Source: Diplonema japonicum (lineage: Eukaryota > Protista > Euglenozoa: Diplonemea). Taken from it: 64,000 bases of DNA. The notes beneath the pieces are model-generated. The model ran no database searches. It saw only the letters and a list, made by a program, of their open reading frames with translations, and was not told the DNA's origin. Shown one piece after another: positions 34,791 to 45,086 of the stretch; the stretch's first letter is position 1; each line of letters starts with the position of its first letter. The position numbers and the translations under genes were made by a program. Location of the stretch: NCBI GenBank assembly GCA_964019335.1, contig OZ025651.1:248001-312000 (forward strand), written 5' to 3'.

Positions 34791-35662
34791 CATCTCTATT
34801 TCTTTCCCCCCTTCCTTTTTTTTAGACCGTGATTGTGATCCCTCATGCCTACATCCTCCAAGTATTGTGAATTTTGTTGTGAAAAGAAAAGAGTTGGCTT
34901 ATTAGTTGTGCAAAACCGGTTCCACCTCAGGTAGGTGTAACACGACAAGCCGACTTGTTTTCTTCTTGCTTCTTCCTCTTTAAATTATATGGCTTTACAA
35001 CAATGCGTCTTTCAAAAGGTTTCGTTTACTTATTTCCCGAGCAAAAAGAAGAAAAGAATGAGGCTTTGGTTGCAATACTATTTGGCGTTGAGTGTACAGC
35101 GTTGTGGAAGGTCTATCAAAGAAAAGAGGAAAAAAAAGTAAGAAAGAGAATGGTAAAAAAAAAGAAAAGAAGTTTCTTTTTTACTGTAGAAATACAAAGG
35201 TTTCCCCCGTTGTAGAAACAAAAAAAACAAAAAAAAGAAAAGCTCCATCTCGAGAAAAGCTTCGCCAAAAGAAAATTACTTTTCCGTCGCTCTTCTTTCT
35301 CGATGAAAAAACTTTCCCTCTCGTTTTACAAACGGGGGGGGGGGGGTTCTTAACTATACTTCATTCACAATCTCCATTTCTTCCCCGGGAAACCGAATGA
35401 AGTAAAAAGTGTGGAGAGCACGCTCTGAAACAGATAATTTCTTCTCTTCTTTTCTCACTGTGTAAATGGGGAGAAGCGTAAGCAACGACCAACTGGAAAA
35501 AGAAAGAAAAAAAAAAGGGTCGGCACTTCGCATTTGTATGTGCAACGGTTCAAAATTGAATCCGATAAGCACTGAAGTGGGTGTGTGTAAAAGAACGAAG
35601 AAAAAGAAGAAGAAGAAAAAAAACGAAGAAAACCTAGAAAGGTTCTCCCACTCCCCCCCCTC

Positions 35663-38161
35663 TTACACACTCTGCAAACTTGCCTCTCCCTGTGTAGCTT
35701 TGTTATCTTCGGCAGTATTCTGACTTTTAACCGTATACACGTCGTATCCCTTAGGGAAGGGTTTTCTCAGGTGACTCTCAGACTCAAGGAAGCCAGCGAT
35801 GCGAAGAATAACCGGGTCAGAAGTGGCAGCGTGCATCTTGTATGAGGCTTTTGTTTCAAAGGCTTCAATGTACTTCTCAGACCACGTCCAGTCCTCGTCA
35901 GAACCATCATAGAACCCCATGAGCTGAACGGTTTCACTAGCAAGCATGTCTGCCCGGAGTTGATACACAGTGAAGGAAACTTGATTGCCCACAAGACACC
36001 ATGTGTCTACAGGCCGGATAAGACAGCGGAGGGATGGATCAATAGCAGCTGATGCATGGCCTGGTAATGAACACGTTAAGGAAAAGACTCCAAGATCTCT
36101 CGAAGCAGCTGCTAGAGAACCCGCCATCTCCACGCACGACCCTATCACCATCATGAACTTGTGCAGTTCGTTGCCTACATTTCCGAATAACGCACCCCCA
36201 GATGCAATCCCTACTACAGGGCTGTATCCCCAACACCTTGTCATGTCGATCGTGTTGTACAGCAGCCCTACAAACCTCACTGCAAACGATAAATGCCTCG
36301 TGCACTTCTTTATGGTATTCCACGCCACCACCACCATTGTGCTGCACACGGACACCACCATGCCCTCCGTTCTTTCCAACACCCCTATTATGCTGTTGCA
36401 TATCTTGCTCACCCGTATCAAAGGATCGATCGCCGTTTCCAACGAACTGTAATCGAGCATCACGTGCCCTGTCGTCACGTTCGCCGCTCTGTACAATCTG
36501 AACTTCAAGAATTCCGGGACGGCTTTCTTGAGCTGAAGGAGGTTCGCCGTGCGCTTCTTGGTATCGTTGTCGGGCTCATTCGGATCTTTGAGCCGGATAC
36601 TATTCTTTCGCATGTTCTCTTGGAAGGCGTTCATGATTTCCTGCTTCCTCCCGAGGAGCTTGTCAGGAAGGAGGAAGACGCAATTGTGGGTACCCCCCAC
36701 TCCTTTGAGGGTAACCGCTTCGACGGGTATCATGACCAAGCCAGACAGTCTACCAGACAGCCCCCCTTCTGTTTGGAGTAGATTCATTACATCCTCGGTT
36801 ACAGCAATGGCACCGCCTACTGATACCGACTCCACTCGTGCTGCTTTGTTCACCGTCGGTCCAAGGTAGTCGAACCTCCCTGTCACAGGGTTTTCCTCGA
36901 CATCCACAGCCCCACAGTGCATCCCCATCCTAACCCTCAAACCCTTCCATAGGTTATCCTTTTGCTCACACGGCGAGACCTCCAGGATCTGTTCTGGCCA
37001 TGCGGGGCTGTTCAGCAGATCCATCTGCGCATCAAGGCAGCATGCGATGGCCTCGCGTGCGGTGTCGAAGGTGATCATGAACGCGTCGCCGATGGTTTTT
37101 ACCTCGTACCCGTTGAAGGTTGTAATGCACGCTCGTACGATTTTGTTGTGCACCTTTAGTGCTTGTTTCATGCCCTGCGGGCACGCCTCCCACAGCAACG
37201 TCGACTGCTGTATATCTGTGAAGACAACGACAACTGTGCTGTTCTGAGGAGCAGGTCTGCCCCGATCTGTCCTCCGCGACGAAGACGACCGCGGGGTGGG
37301 CAGGAAGCTGCCTGACCTTTTCGACACCAGCGACGACCGTGATGTCGGGCTGGGGCTAGACCCCGGGTCAAGGAGCGGTACGTAGGACAGTAGCCCTTTA
37401 ATTGTCTCGATCAAGTTGTTGAACGTGGCCGCCGGGAGAGAGAGTTGGGACAGCTGCCTCTCCGCCTCCTCAATCTCCAAGTTGGTCAGGGCGTAGACGA
37501 CTGTCTCAGTGCCAAGAAGCTGCAGTTTAAGCATAGAATTCTCCCTACGCAGGTTGCGGATACAGCTTCCGGTCATATAAAAATCGAGGCCTATAAGGCT
37601 AATCCCGTAAATAAAGGTGAGAAGGCTGTTAGCACCATCTTTGCAGGGGAGGCTGTGGCAGGTAATGGCATCACGGCGTTCTGACTGGGAAGGCGTGCCG
37701 GGTATGTCGTAAAGCCCGAAGCGGGTGGCTCCTTCTAGGCAAGTCATGATGAGCCAAAAGGCCATCATTAGCATGAACAGCTTGATCATTAGACTTTCTG
37801 CGTCAGAGATAGTCAGCAGATCAAGCACGATGATGAAGACAGGCCAGGGGCGCGTGCGCAGTGAGGATGCATTGTAAACATCGTTGATGGCGATCAACAC
37901 TACCATCAGCAAGCTGTATGTCAACACTGTGCGTGTTTCTATGGTACCTTTCAGCAGGCTCCACCCAATAGCAACCAACGACACAACTAACACCCCCAAC
38001 TGCGCTGCTCCTGACAGCGACATCATGTCCCCCCACGACAGCAACGACGTCACCGCTCCCGCAACAAAGCACGCCATTGCACACCGGTTCCTTGTCCTCT
38101 CCAGGACCATCTGGTGCGGCGGTGCTGTGCTTAGAAACCATTTTGAGATAAACGCGCTCAT
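35663..38161 (-). CDS. Multi-pass membrane class III adenylate cyclase with a second, degenerate cyclase-like domain
   Basis: About 6 TM helices, then VFTDIQQST, GYEVKTIGDAFM, LRVRMGMHCG, FDYLGPTVNKAARVES (both metal Asp, adenine-specifying Lys/Asp, and Asn/Arg present); C-terminal VGIASGGALFGNVG...VIGSCVEMA is cyclase-like but degenerate. First ATG after the ACAG acceptor is 38161. Confidence 0.9.
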   Translation of the reverse strand: MSAFISKWFLSTAPPHQMVLERTRNRCAMACFVAGAVTSLLSWGDMMSLSGAAQLGVLVVSLVAIGWSLLKGTIETRTVLTYSLLMVVLIAINDVYNASSLRTRPWPVFIIVLDLLTISDAESLMIKLFMLMMAFWLIMTCLEGATRFGLYDIPGTPSQSERRDAITCHSLPCKDGANSLLTFIYGISLIGLDFYMTGSCIRNLRRENSMLKLQLLGTETVVYALTNLEIEEAERQLSQLSLPAATFNNLIETIKGLLSYVPLLDPGSSPSPTSRSSLVSKRSGSFLPTPRSSSSRRTDRGRPAPQNSTVVVVFTDIQQSTLLWEACPQGMKQALKVHNKIVRACITTFNGYEVKTIGDAFMITFDTAREAIACCLDAQMDLLNSPAWPEQILEVSPCEQKDNLWKGLRVRMGMHCGAVDVEENPVTGRFDYLGPTVNKAARVESVSVGGAIAVTEDVMNLLQTEGGLSGRLSGLVMIPVEAVTLKGVGGTHNCVFLLPDKLLGRKQEIMNAFQENMRKNSIRLKDPNEPDNDTKKRTANLLQLKKAVPEFLKFRLYRAANVTTGHVMLDYSSLETAIDPLIRVSKICNSIIGVLERTEGMVVSVCSTMVVVAWNTIKKCTRHLSFAVRFVGLLYNTIDMTRCWGYSPVVGIASGGALFGNVGNELHKFMMVIGSCVEMAGSLAAASRDLGVFSLTCSLPGHASAAIDPSLRCLIRPVDTWCLVGNQVSFTVYQLRADMLASETVQLMGFYDGSDEDWTWSEKYIEAFETKASYKMHAATSDPVILRIAGFLESESHLRKPFPKGYDVYTVKSQNTAEDNKATQGEASLQSV

Positions 38162-38311
38162 ACTGTGTTGGCATTCAAAAAAGAGGAGGGTAACACAGGG
38201 CGAGATAAGGTTACAGAGCAATGAGAAAAAAAACTAAAGGGCGGGGGGTGGGGGGTAACGAACTTAAACTACACTTTAAAACTGAGAAGCACACTGCACA
38301 CTGTCTGCTGT

Positions 38312-39837
38312 TTAATACTCATCATCGAAGGACCCCTCCATGGCGGAGGCATCCCAGTGAGGGCCTTCTGAGATGATGGATGTTTCCTGGAGATCTATAT
38401 GTGCCTGTGGGGGAAGAGGTGGCGGGGCGGACGGCAAAGGGGGTGGGCCGGTCAACTTAACCTCATCCTCCTTTTCTTCTTTTTCATTTGCGATCTCACT
38501 TTGCGGTTCCTCGTCTCTCTCCGTTGTCTTCTCACACTCCAGAGGTGGGAGATCATTTCCTGGCAGTATCCCATTCAGCAAAGGGATGTTAGGGGTTGCA
38601 AACGACGAAGAGCTGGAAGTCGAGGACCTCCTCTGTGAGTGGTGTCAGTTTCGAATTAAGTTCATACCGTGGTGGTGGTGTAGCTGCTACTGGAACTGCA
38701 TGCAGTGGAAGGTCTTCGATCAGAACGTGGAGGCGACGCGTCCAGTGTGTCCACCTTCTTTTGTGTATTCTCTTGCGTCGGTGGTTGCGCTGGTGCCTCT
38801 TGTGATTCAGACCTGGCCTCTTCTTCCCTTTCTTCCTTCTGTTGAACACCTTTTTCTTCCTCTTCCTCTTCCTCTTCCTCTACAGTGTGCTCTGTTTCTG
38901 CCTCTCTTGGTTTATCCCCTTCGGGTGGGCTCGGAACAGGGGGAAGCTCTATTATACTCTCCTCCTCCTGCCCCTCTTCCTTCTCACTTCTTACTTCCTC
39001 TTTCTCGCTTCTTACCTCCTCTGTTTGCCCTGGTATCCCCGACACATCTATCTCCACTGTGTTTGGGATGGGCGCAGGCGGCGTTGGCCGTGTCGTCACC
39101 GGCAAGGGTGACTCCACCCTGTCATGCGTCTCCTGCTCTTCTTGGTGGCGCTCGTGTGCAGCATTCAGAAGCAGAGATGTGATCTCTTGTAGCATGCTGG
39201 GGGGAGGTGATGCAGGAGGGGCATCCGCAGGTGTCTTCGGCTGCGTGGAAACTGCAGCAGGCTTCTTCCGCACAACCTTTTTGGGCGCTTCTTTCTTGGG
39301 AGCAGGTTTTGGGGCTGCCTTCGCAGGTTTCGGAGATGGTTTCTTTGGAGCGCTGCGAGAGCGAGATGCTGCGGTAGGAGCAGCTATGGAGGTACTTATT
39401 CGCGGGACAGGGCTGGGGGGCGCTCTTGGGCGGGGAGTACTAGCAGTGCGGAAGCGTGGTCGGGAGCTGCCGAACCCGAAGCTGCCGTTTTGCTTCGTTG
39501 CTGAGGTGGAGCGTGTCTGTGACACACTACGGGCACCGGAGGGCAGGGGCGACGCTGCACTGTAGTCAGGAGAGCGGGCACGGGAGAACCGGCCCCCAGG
39601 TGAAGGTGTTCTCATGAAACCAGTGCTCAGCCTCGGCCTTTGTTGTATAATTACGGTAGAGTCCTCATTGTACACGTCGCGTATTTTCAATCTGTTGCTC
39701 AGGGGCACATGTTCACCGTTTAAGATACGCAGCTGTGTGGCTACCAGCTTCCTGTGCCCGGGACCGAACACGAATAACGGCACGCATGCCTGCAACAGAT
39801 CACTGATATCGCTGTCCTCCTCAAGCCGTACCTTCAC
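38312..39837 (-). CDS. Pro/Glu/Lys-rich hypothetical protein with possible N-terminal ubiquitin-like domain; 2 exons (intron 38633-38667); true start uncertain
   Basis: ORFs 38662-39837 and 38312-38581 join in frame on removing GTATGAACTTAATTCGAAACTGACACCACTCACAG (35 nt): ...YTTTT|RRSSTSSSSSFATPNIPLLNG... Confidence 0.7.
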
Positions 39838-39995
39838 AGCGCTGTCGTCTCCGGCATCCTCCTGCCGTACCCAAACTTTGACAAACTTAGCTATTTTGCC
39901 TGTACTTGTTGTAAGAGCATGTTTCGGGTTGTGGGCCTAGGTATGATAAAACCAGAGGGAAAAAAAAAGAGAAACAAACAACGAGGAAAACGTTA

Positions 39996-40625
39996 CTATT
40001 CTTCTGCAATGCTTTCGTTTTTTGCCTTTTGCTCGGCTCTGATTTCGTTCCGAGGGCGTGACTTCTTAGGCTCAATGAACGTGGAATAGCACTCCATCAC
40101 ACGGTAGAGTACTATGCTGGCGCAGGAGGAGACGTTGAAGGACTCAAGATGGCCGAGCTGCTGAAGTTCAAGAGAGACTGCGGGGTGGAGGAAGCGCGGC
40201 TTTAGGGCTAGGATGTTGGGGGGGACGCCGTACTGCTCATTCCCAAAAACGAAGCATGGCGTGGCACTTGAGTCGCGAACGATGGTCATGACACTGTCCT
40301 GTGTAAACACAACACTGTCCTCTGCCTGCTCCACGAACACAGGCCGATACCCATTCTTGTTCATGTATTCCAAAAACACGTCAGCACTCAATTCGTAGTC
40401 CTCATCTTCCAACACCTCCTTCCCCACCTTCCCCAGGTCTTTCGCCATCCCTTCGACCCTCTCCACTTCCATCCAGTGAAATGCACCGACTGCGCTCCTC
40501 TTATCATACTTCCTTCTTCCAAACACCACAATCTTGCTGCACCCAGACAGATGTGCACTCCTCATGATCGCTCCCACATTCAAGCACCCGTGTACGTTCA
40601 GAACACAGACTACATACGGGAACAT
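39996..40625 (-). CDS. SpoU/TrmH-family (SPOUT) RNA 2'-O-methyltransferase
   Basis: SPOUT motifs NVGAIMRSA, FVFGNEQYGV, ESFNVSSCASI. Confidence 0.88.
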   Translation of the reverse strand: MFPYVVCVLNVHGCLNVGAIMRSAHLSGCSKIVVFGRRKYDKRSAVGAFHWMEVERVEGMAKDLGKVGKEVLEDEDYELSADVFLEYMNKNGYRPVFVEQAEDSVVFTQDSVMTIVRDSSATPCFVFGNEQYGVPPNILALKPRFLHPAVSLELQQLGHLESFNVSSCASIVLYRVMECYSTFIEPKKSRPRNEIRAEQKAKNESIAEE

Positions 40626-40776
40626 CTCCTATATCCTTCGGTGGTTCGAGAAGTGTGTAAAAAGGCAAAAAAGAAATGCTAATCACCCAAAGCCCTCCAT
40701 GCCTCGGAAGAGGTGGAATTACGTGTGTGTACAGAAAATCAAACAAGCGGGTGATCAACCTTCCCTCCCACCCCCT

Positions 40777-43700
40777 TTATACTTTTGTTGTGCAGGTTGA
40801 AAGTGATGAAGCGTTTCTAATGAACCTCCTGGGTCTGCTGGAGTCTTGAGACACCAAAAGCCCGGAGGTTAATGGAGTCAGGGGCACGAGGGCAGGGGAT
40901 CGCCGTCCTCGCCGTCTGGAGTCTGTGGATAATGTGGACAGCTGCGACGTGCATTGAAGAAGAGGGGTGGCCGGCGAACTGATAGCCTGAAACGACCTGA
41001 CTGAGTCAGGAGATTGATCCCGTGACGCTATACTTGCTGTGTGCGTGACAGATAATTCAGGAGAGTGGTCACGTGAAGCAATAGAAGAATGGGTCCGTGA
41101 TCGCATCCCTCTTGAAGGTGACCCCGAAAAGGACGAAATCTCAGTCATGGGATACACATCGTCATCAAGTAGGGGCGTGTTGTTCTGGGCATTTTCCTCT
41201 TCTTGCAGCCGTACTCTTCTCTGTGTGCACATCACATAGAGAGCCGCCACAACGTCCAACAAGATGTTCACAGTAAGTAAGCAAATGGCAAGGGTAAGTA
41301 AGGTGCTAGATACGCTGAAAGTCCAGTGATTTTCCGTTTCGGAGTAGAACCCTGCAGCCATCAGAAACAGAGCAAGAGACTGAACTATGTATTGCAAGCT
41401 GTCGTGTAAAGTGTCCTTGGACCGTACGTGAGGGCGCATCGTGACTTCCACTACACCGAACAGCACGTTGACCATGGCACTTGCCATCCTCACGTGCCCG
41501 CAAGCGATCCATGTCGGCGTCTTCCACACCGTGATGCCTGCAATGAAGAACATTGCTGTGAATTGGAACAACGCGTACCACGCATGGCTCTGTTTATACA
41601 CCCTTACCATGTTCCCGTATCTGAACACCCATTGATTTCCCCCCTTCGTGGTTTTGTTCACCCATTCACCACTGCCTATCAGGAACGTCCAGTTGCTTTT
41701 CTTTGAGTCTTTCCTGTAGATCCCCTTCTCTGGCACCGACATTTTCACTTCCCTCGCAAGCCAGAACGGGATTGCAACGCATCCCGATAATCCGAAAACC
41801 CCCAAAAGCCTAAAGGCTGGCATGGTCGGGTACACGATCAGCCTTATGGAGCTGAACACGGTCCCTTGGTACACACATAAGAACACCACTAAAGAAGAGG
41901 AAGGGAACCTGAACATGCTTTGCGCTTCCATCAAGTTGCTCGCCATAAGCCAGGTGCGAAGGAACGGGATCTTCAATCCGGCGAAGAGAAGCATCGCCAT
42001 GGCTAGGGAAAACCCAACCACAAGAGCTGTGTTACCTAACAGCGCACCCGCAGGAGCTGAACCCATGATAGTAAAACCCAAAGGATGTAAAAGAAATGGC
42101 ATAGTCTTTTCAAAGGGGTCGTTTGGATCGCAAGAGGCACCCAGCAGCACCAGTTTGGACGCTGTCGGCGAACCTGACACAACCCCCGCCATGCCCACAG
42201 CAAGCGCCACCTTGTCGCCAGGGGTTTCCCCAAACACTGTGATGGGTTTCGTTTCGTTGGCTGGCTGCTCGAATGCCAGTGTTTTAGTTACAACAGGATC
42301 TGGTGCCGTTGTGTTCCCCGATGCGGGCGTGACTGTTTCTGATTCTTCCGTTGGTGCGGTGAACAATGTTGGTGATAACGTAGGGGGTAACGTAGGAGGT
42401 GATAACGTCGCGGGTGTTGCTGGTTTAGAAGTTGGAGGGGCCACAAGTGAAGGCACTGCTGTTCCAGGTGCTGAAGTGACAGGTGCAAGTGTCGCGGGGG
42501 CAACTGTAGTTGGGATAAATGTAGGTGAGCTAGTGGTGAGTGTAGAGGGAACTGCCGTAAGGGCCGGAGGTACCGTGGGAGACACAGTGGGAGGCAACGG
42601 ACTCATCGGAGTAGTTGTAAGAGGAACCAGTGTATCTGGGACAATGGTGGTTGGAGGAGAGGTAGGAGAAATTGTAAGAACTGGTGCTGGCGGGGCAAAG
42701 GTAGGCGGGGGTTGCGTTACCATGACAGGAATGGGTGTCACTATTGGAGCCGCTGTAGGAGACAGCGTATTCGGGGGGTGTGTCCCCGGTGGGTTCGTGC
42801 CAGGAGGATTTGTGCTAGGTGAGTTCGTGCTGGGTGGATTGGTGTTCGGAGGACTTGTGTCAGGTGGGCTCGTGTCAGGTGGGTTCGTGTTAGGTGGGTT
42901 TGTGTTGGGCGGATTAGTGTTGGGAGTATTTGTGTCGGGTGGGCTCGTGTCAGGTAGATTTGTGTTGGGTGGATTAGTGTTGGGAGTATTTGTGTCAGGT
43001 GGGTTCGTGTTAGGTGGGTTTGTGCCGTTCGGAGGATTTGTGTCGGGTGGGCTCGTGCCGGGTGCATTAGTGTTGGGAGTATTTGTGCCGGGTGGGCTCG
43101 TGTCAGGTGGGTTTGTGTTGGGTGGATTGGTGTTGGGAGTATTTGTGTCAGGTGGGTTTGTGTTGGGTGCATCAGTGTTGGGAGTATTTGTGTCGGGTGG
43201 GCTCGTGTCAGGTAGATTTGTGTTGGGAGTACTTGTGTCAGGTGGGTTCGTGTTAGGTGGATTTGTGTTGGGAGTACTTGTGTCAGGTGGGCTCGTGTCA
43301 GGTGGATTTGTGTCGGAAGCGTTTGTGTCGGGTGGGCTCGTGTCAGGTGGATTTGTGCCGGGTGGATCAGTGTTGGGAGGTTGTGTGTCAGGTGAGAGTG
43401 TGTCTGGCGGGTCTGTATCTGGAGCTGCAGTTGGATGAGGCGACCCTGTCTGAGGGGCAGATGTAAATGGAAGTGGGGGATATGGCAGTGGAATAAATGT
43501 ATAAAGTAAAGGCGGGAACGTAAGAGGACCACTAGGAACACTAGAAGGAGCATTCGTTGACGGCGAATGTGTAGGTCCTAGGCATGGTGCAGAAAGAGCC
43601 ATAGTCGGGTCGAAGGACAAGATGTCGGTGTACCACGCCTTGAATTCATCGATGATGTAGGTGCCAAAGGTGTGTCCGTAGTCAGGATTGTTAGTGGAGA

Positions 43701-44205
43701 TGAAGTTCCCAAAGGTGACGTCAGGAGGGGATTGCACAGGAGCAGGGGCAACACTATCCACACCACGAACCCCGTCTAGGTAAATGCCAATTATATCGTT
43801 GATATAGCTAATCGAGATGTGTGCCCATCTTCCTTCAATCAGGTGCATGTTAGTAAGCCTGATCTGAAGGGGCGGGCTTTGCGCGATGCCAAGTTCCAAC
43901 CAGTCAGTGACCACCACCCCAATACCACCCCCGGTGCCCCCCTGGCCTATGTTCACGACACAGCGGTTACCTCTACTTTTTACTTTTACCCAGAACGCAA
44001 TAACAAAGTCAGCAGTAAACAACCCACCCCAATTCAGTCCAACAATCTTGGTGGGCAAAAGATGCAACCCTTTGTTGCAGTATCCGGGACCGAAGTTCAA
44101 GCCTCCTGATTGTCCGTTGATGGTTCCGTCCATCGGGAGATAAATGTCCTGCGCCACGACGACGACCACAGGAAGCAGCAGCCCCCACAGCCATGTACCA
44201 AGCAT
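40777..44205 (-). CDS. Surface membrane protein: signal peptide, LamG/concanavalin-like domain, Pro/Thr/Asn repeat stalk, multi-TM C-terminal domain
   Basis: FVIAFWVK...GRWAHISISY...IYLDG...IDEFKAW (LamG-3-like); 5-aa repeats; about 7-9 hydrophobic helices of the type seen in free-living euglenozoan membrane-associated proteins. Confidence 0.85.
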   Translation of the reverse strand: MLGTWLWGLLLPVVVVVAQDIYLPMDGTINGQSGGLNFGPGYCNKGLHLLPTKIVGLNWGGLFTADFVIAFWVKVKSRGNRCVVNIGQGGTGGGIGVVVTDWLELGIAQSPPLQIRLTNMHLIEGRWAHISISYINDIIGIYLDGVRGVDSVAPAPVQSPPDVTFGNFISTNNPDYGHTFGTYIIDEFKAWYTDILSFDPTMALSAPCLGPTHSPSTNAPSSVPSGPLTFPPLLYTFIPLPYPPLPFTSAPQTGSPHPTAAPDTDPPDTLSPDTQPPNTDPPGTNPPDTSPPDTNASDTNPPDTSPPDTSTPNTNPPNTNPPDTSTPNTNLPDTSPPDTNTPNTDAPNTNPPDTNTPNTNPPNTNPPDTSPPGTNTPNTNAPGTSPPDTNPPNGTNPPNTNPPDTNTPNTNPPNTNLPDTSPPDTNTPNTNPPNTNPPNTNPPDTSPPDTSPPNTNPPSTNSPSTNPPGTNPPGTHPPNTLSPTAAPIVTPIPVMVTQPPPTFAPPAPVLTISPTSPPTTIVPDTLVPLTTTPMSPLPPTVSPTVPPALTAVPSTLTTSSPTFIPTTVAPATLAPVTSAPGTAVPSLVAPPTSKPATPATLSPPTLPPTLSPTLFTAPTEESETVTPASGNTTAPDPVVTKTLAFEQPANETKPITVFGETPGDKVALAVGMAGVVSGSPTASKLVLLGASCDPNDPFEKTMPFLLHPLGFTIMGSAPAGALLGNTALVVGFSLAMAMLLFAGLKIPFLRTWLMASNLMEAQSMFRFPSSSLVVFLCVYQGTVFSSIRLIVYPTMPAFRLLGVFGLSGCVAIPFWLAREVKMSVPEKGIYRKDSKKSNWTFLIGSGEWVNKTTKGGNQWVFRYGNMVRVYKQSHAWYALFQFTAMFFIAGITVWKTPTWIACGHVRMASAMVNVLFGVVEVTMRPHVRSKDTLHDSLQYIVQSLALFLMAAGFYSETENHWTFSVSSTLLTLAICLLTVNILLDVVAALYVMCTQRRVRLQEEENAQNNTPLLDDDVYPMTEISSFSGSPSRGMRSRTHSSIASRDHSPELSVTHTASIASRDQSPDSVRSFQAISSPATPLLQCTSQLSTLSTDSRRRGRRSPALVPLTPLTSGLLVSQDSSRPRRFIRNASSLSTCTTKV
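42775..43425 (-). repeat. 15-nt / 5-aa tandem repeat ([DN]T[NS]PP / [DN]TNTP)
   Basis: About 40 copies visible in the translation of 40777-44205. Confidence 0.9.
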
Positions 44206-44290
44206 TTCCCTTTGTGGTGGTTAAAGGTGGTAATTTGAGTGTGAAAGTATCAACTGACCTAGGCATCTACTGTATCGTACAACTTATATA

Positions 44291-45034
44291 TCAAGCAACT
44301 GAGAGCACTCGTGAGTCGTTGCCCACGTTATGGTAGCCCGAGTGGACAGAGCGGCCATCGAAGGCTGACATGCCCTCAGGCTCGGAGTGAGCGTAGGAGG
44401 GCGCAATGGTAGGTGACTGGAGGGCGTTTGCGTTTGCATAGCGCGGCTGCACTTCGAGGATGTTGAAGTTCCGTAGCTTTTCGTCCTGAGCTTTTTCCTC
44501 GGGTGACTTTCTGATGTATTGGTACCAAATACTGCTGGCAGCGATGCACACAATAAGGCAGACACCCACGATGAAGACAGTTGCGATGGGCCCCGACAGC
44601 GAAACGGACGACGTGCCACTACCGCTGGAATCCTCAGGTGTGACTGGAGACGGTGTAGTTGCAACCGTAGGAACAGGCGTTTCAGGACACACCGGGCACG
44701 GTGCGCTCGTTGATGGCACAGTAGTCTCTGGTGCATCTGTCGTCTTGCACGATGTACCGCAAGACAATTTTACTTCTTCGAATTTCGCCGCCTCATTGTC
44801 GCACCCTAGAAACAGCGTCGCCTTCATCGGTTCTACTTGCGGCACACAATTATTGCACATCACTTTCCACTCAGCCACGCTCAGGCTCCCCCCCGCCAAT
44901 GCCGTCTCTATACTGGCGCAGTCAATTAGGAAAAACTTCTTTACATTGTTCACCACAACGACACTGCACTGCGCATCCCCGCTGCGCACCATGTACAGTA
45001 ATACTGTCAACAACACCACCTGCAGCCACGACAT
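44291..45034 (-). CDS. Small type I membrane protein (signal peptide, Cys-containing ectodomain, TP linker, one TM)
   Basis: MSWLQVVLLTVLLYMVRSGDAQ signal; TM IATVFIVGVCLIVCIAASSIWY; ATG 45034 follows CTACAG. Confidence 0.75.
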   Translation of the reverse strand: MSWLQVVLLTVLLYMVRSGDAQCSVVVVNNVKKFFLIDCASIETALAGGSLSVAEWKVMCNNCVPQVEPMKATLFLGCDNEAAKFEEVKLSCGTSCKTTDAPETTVPSTSAPCPVCPETPVPTVATTPSPVTPEDSSGSGTSSVSLSGPIATVFIVGVCLIVCIAASSIWYQYIRKSPEEKAQDEKLRNFNILEVQPRYANANALQSPTIAPSYAHSEPEGMSAFDGRSVHSGYHNVGNDSRVLSVA

Positions 45035-45086
45035 GTTTTCTGTAGCCTGTAAGGGTCGGCGTGGTTCAAACAATGTTTCAAACGAA

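Noticed and set aside
41822-43438. 538-aa + strand GGFVLGG ORF
   Set aside because: Antisense of the TNPP repeat protein.
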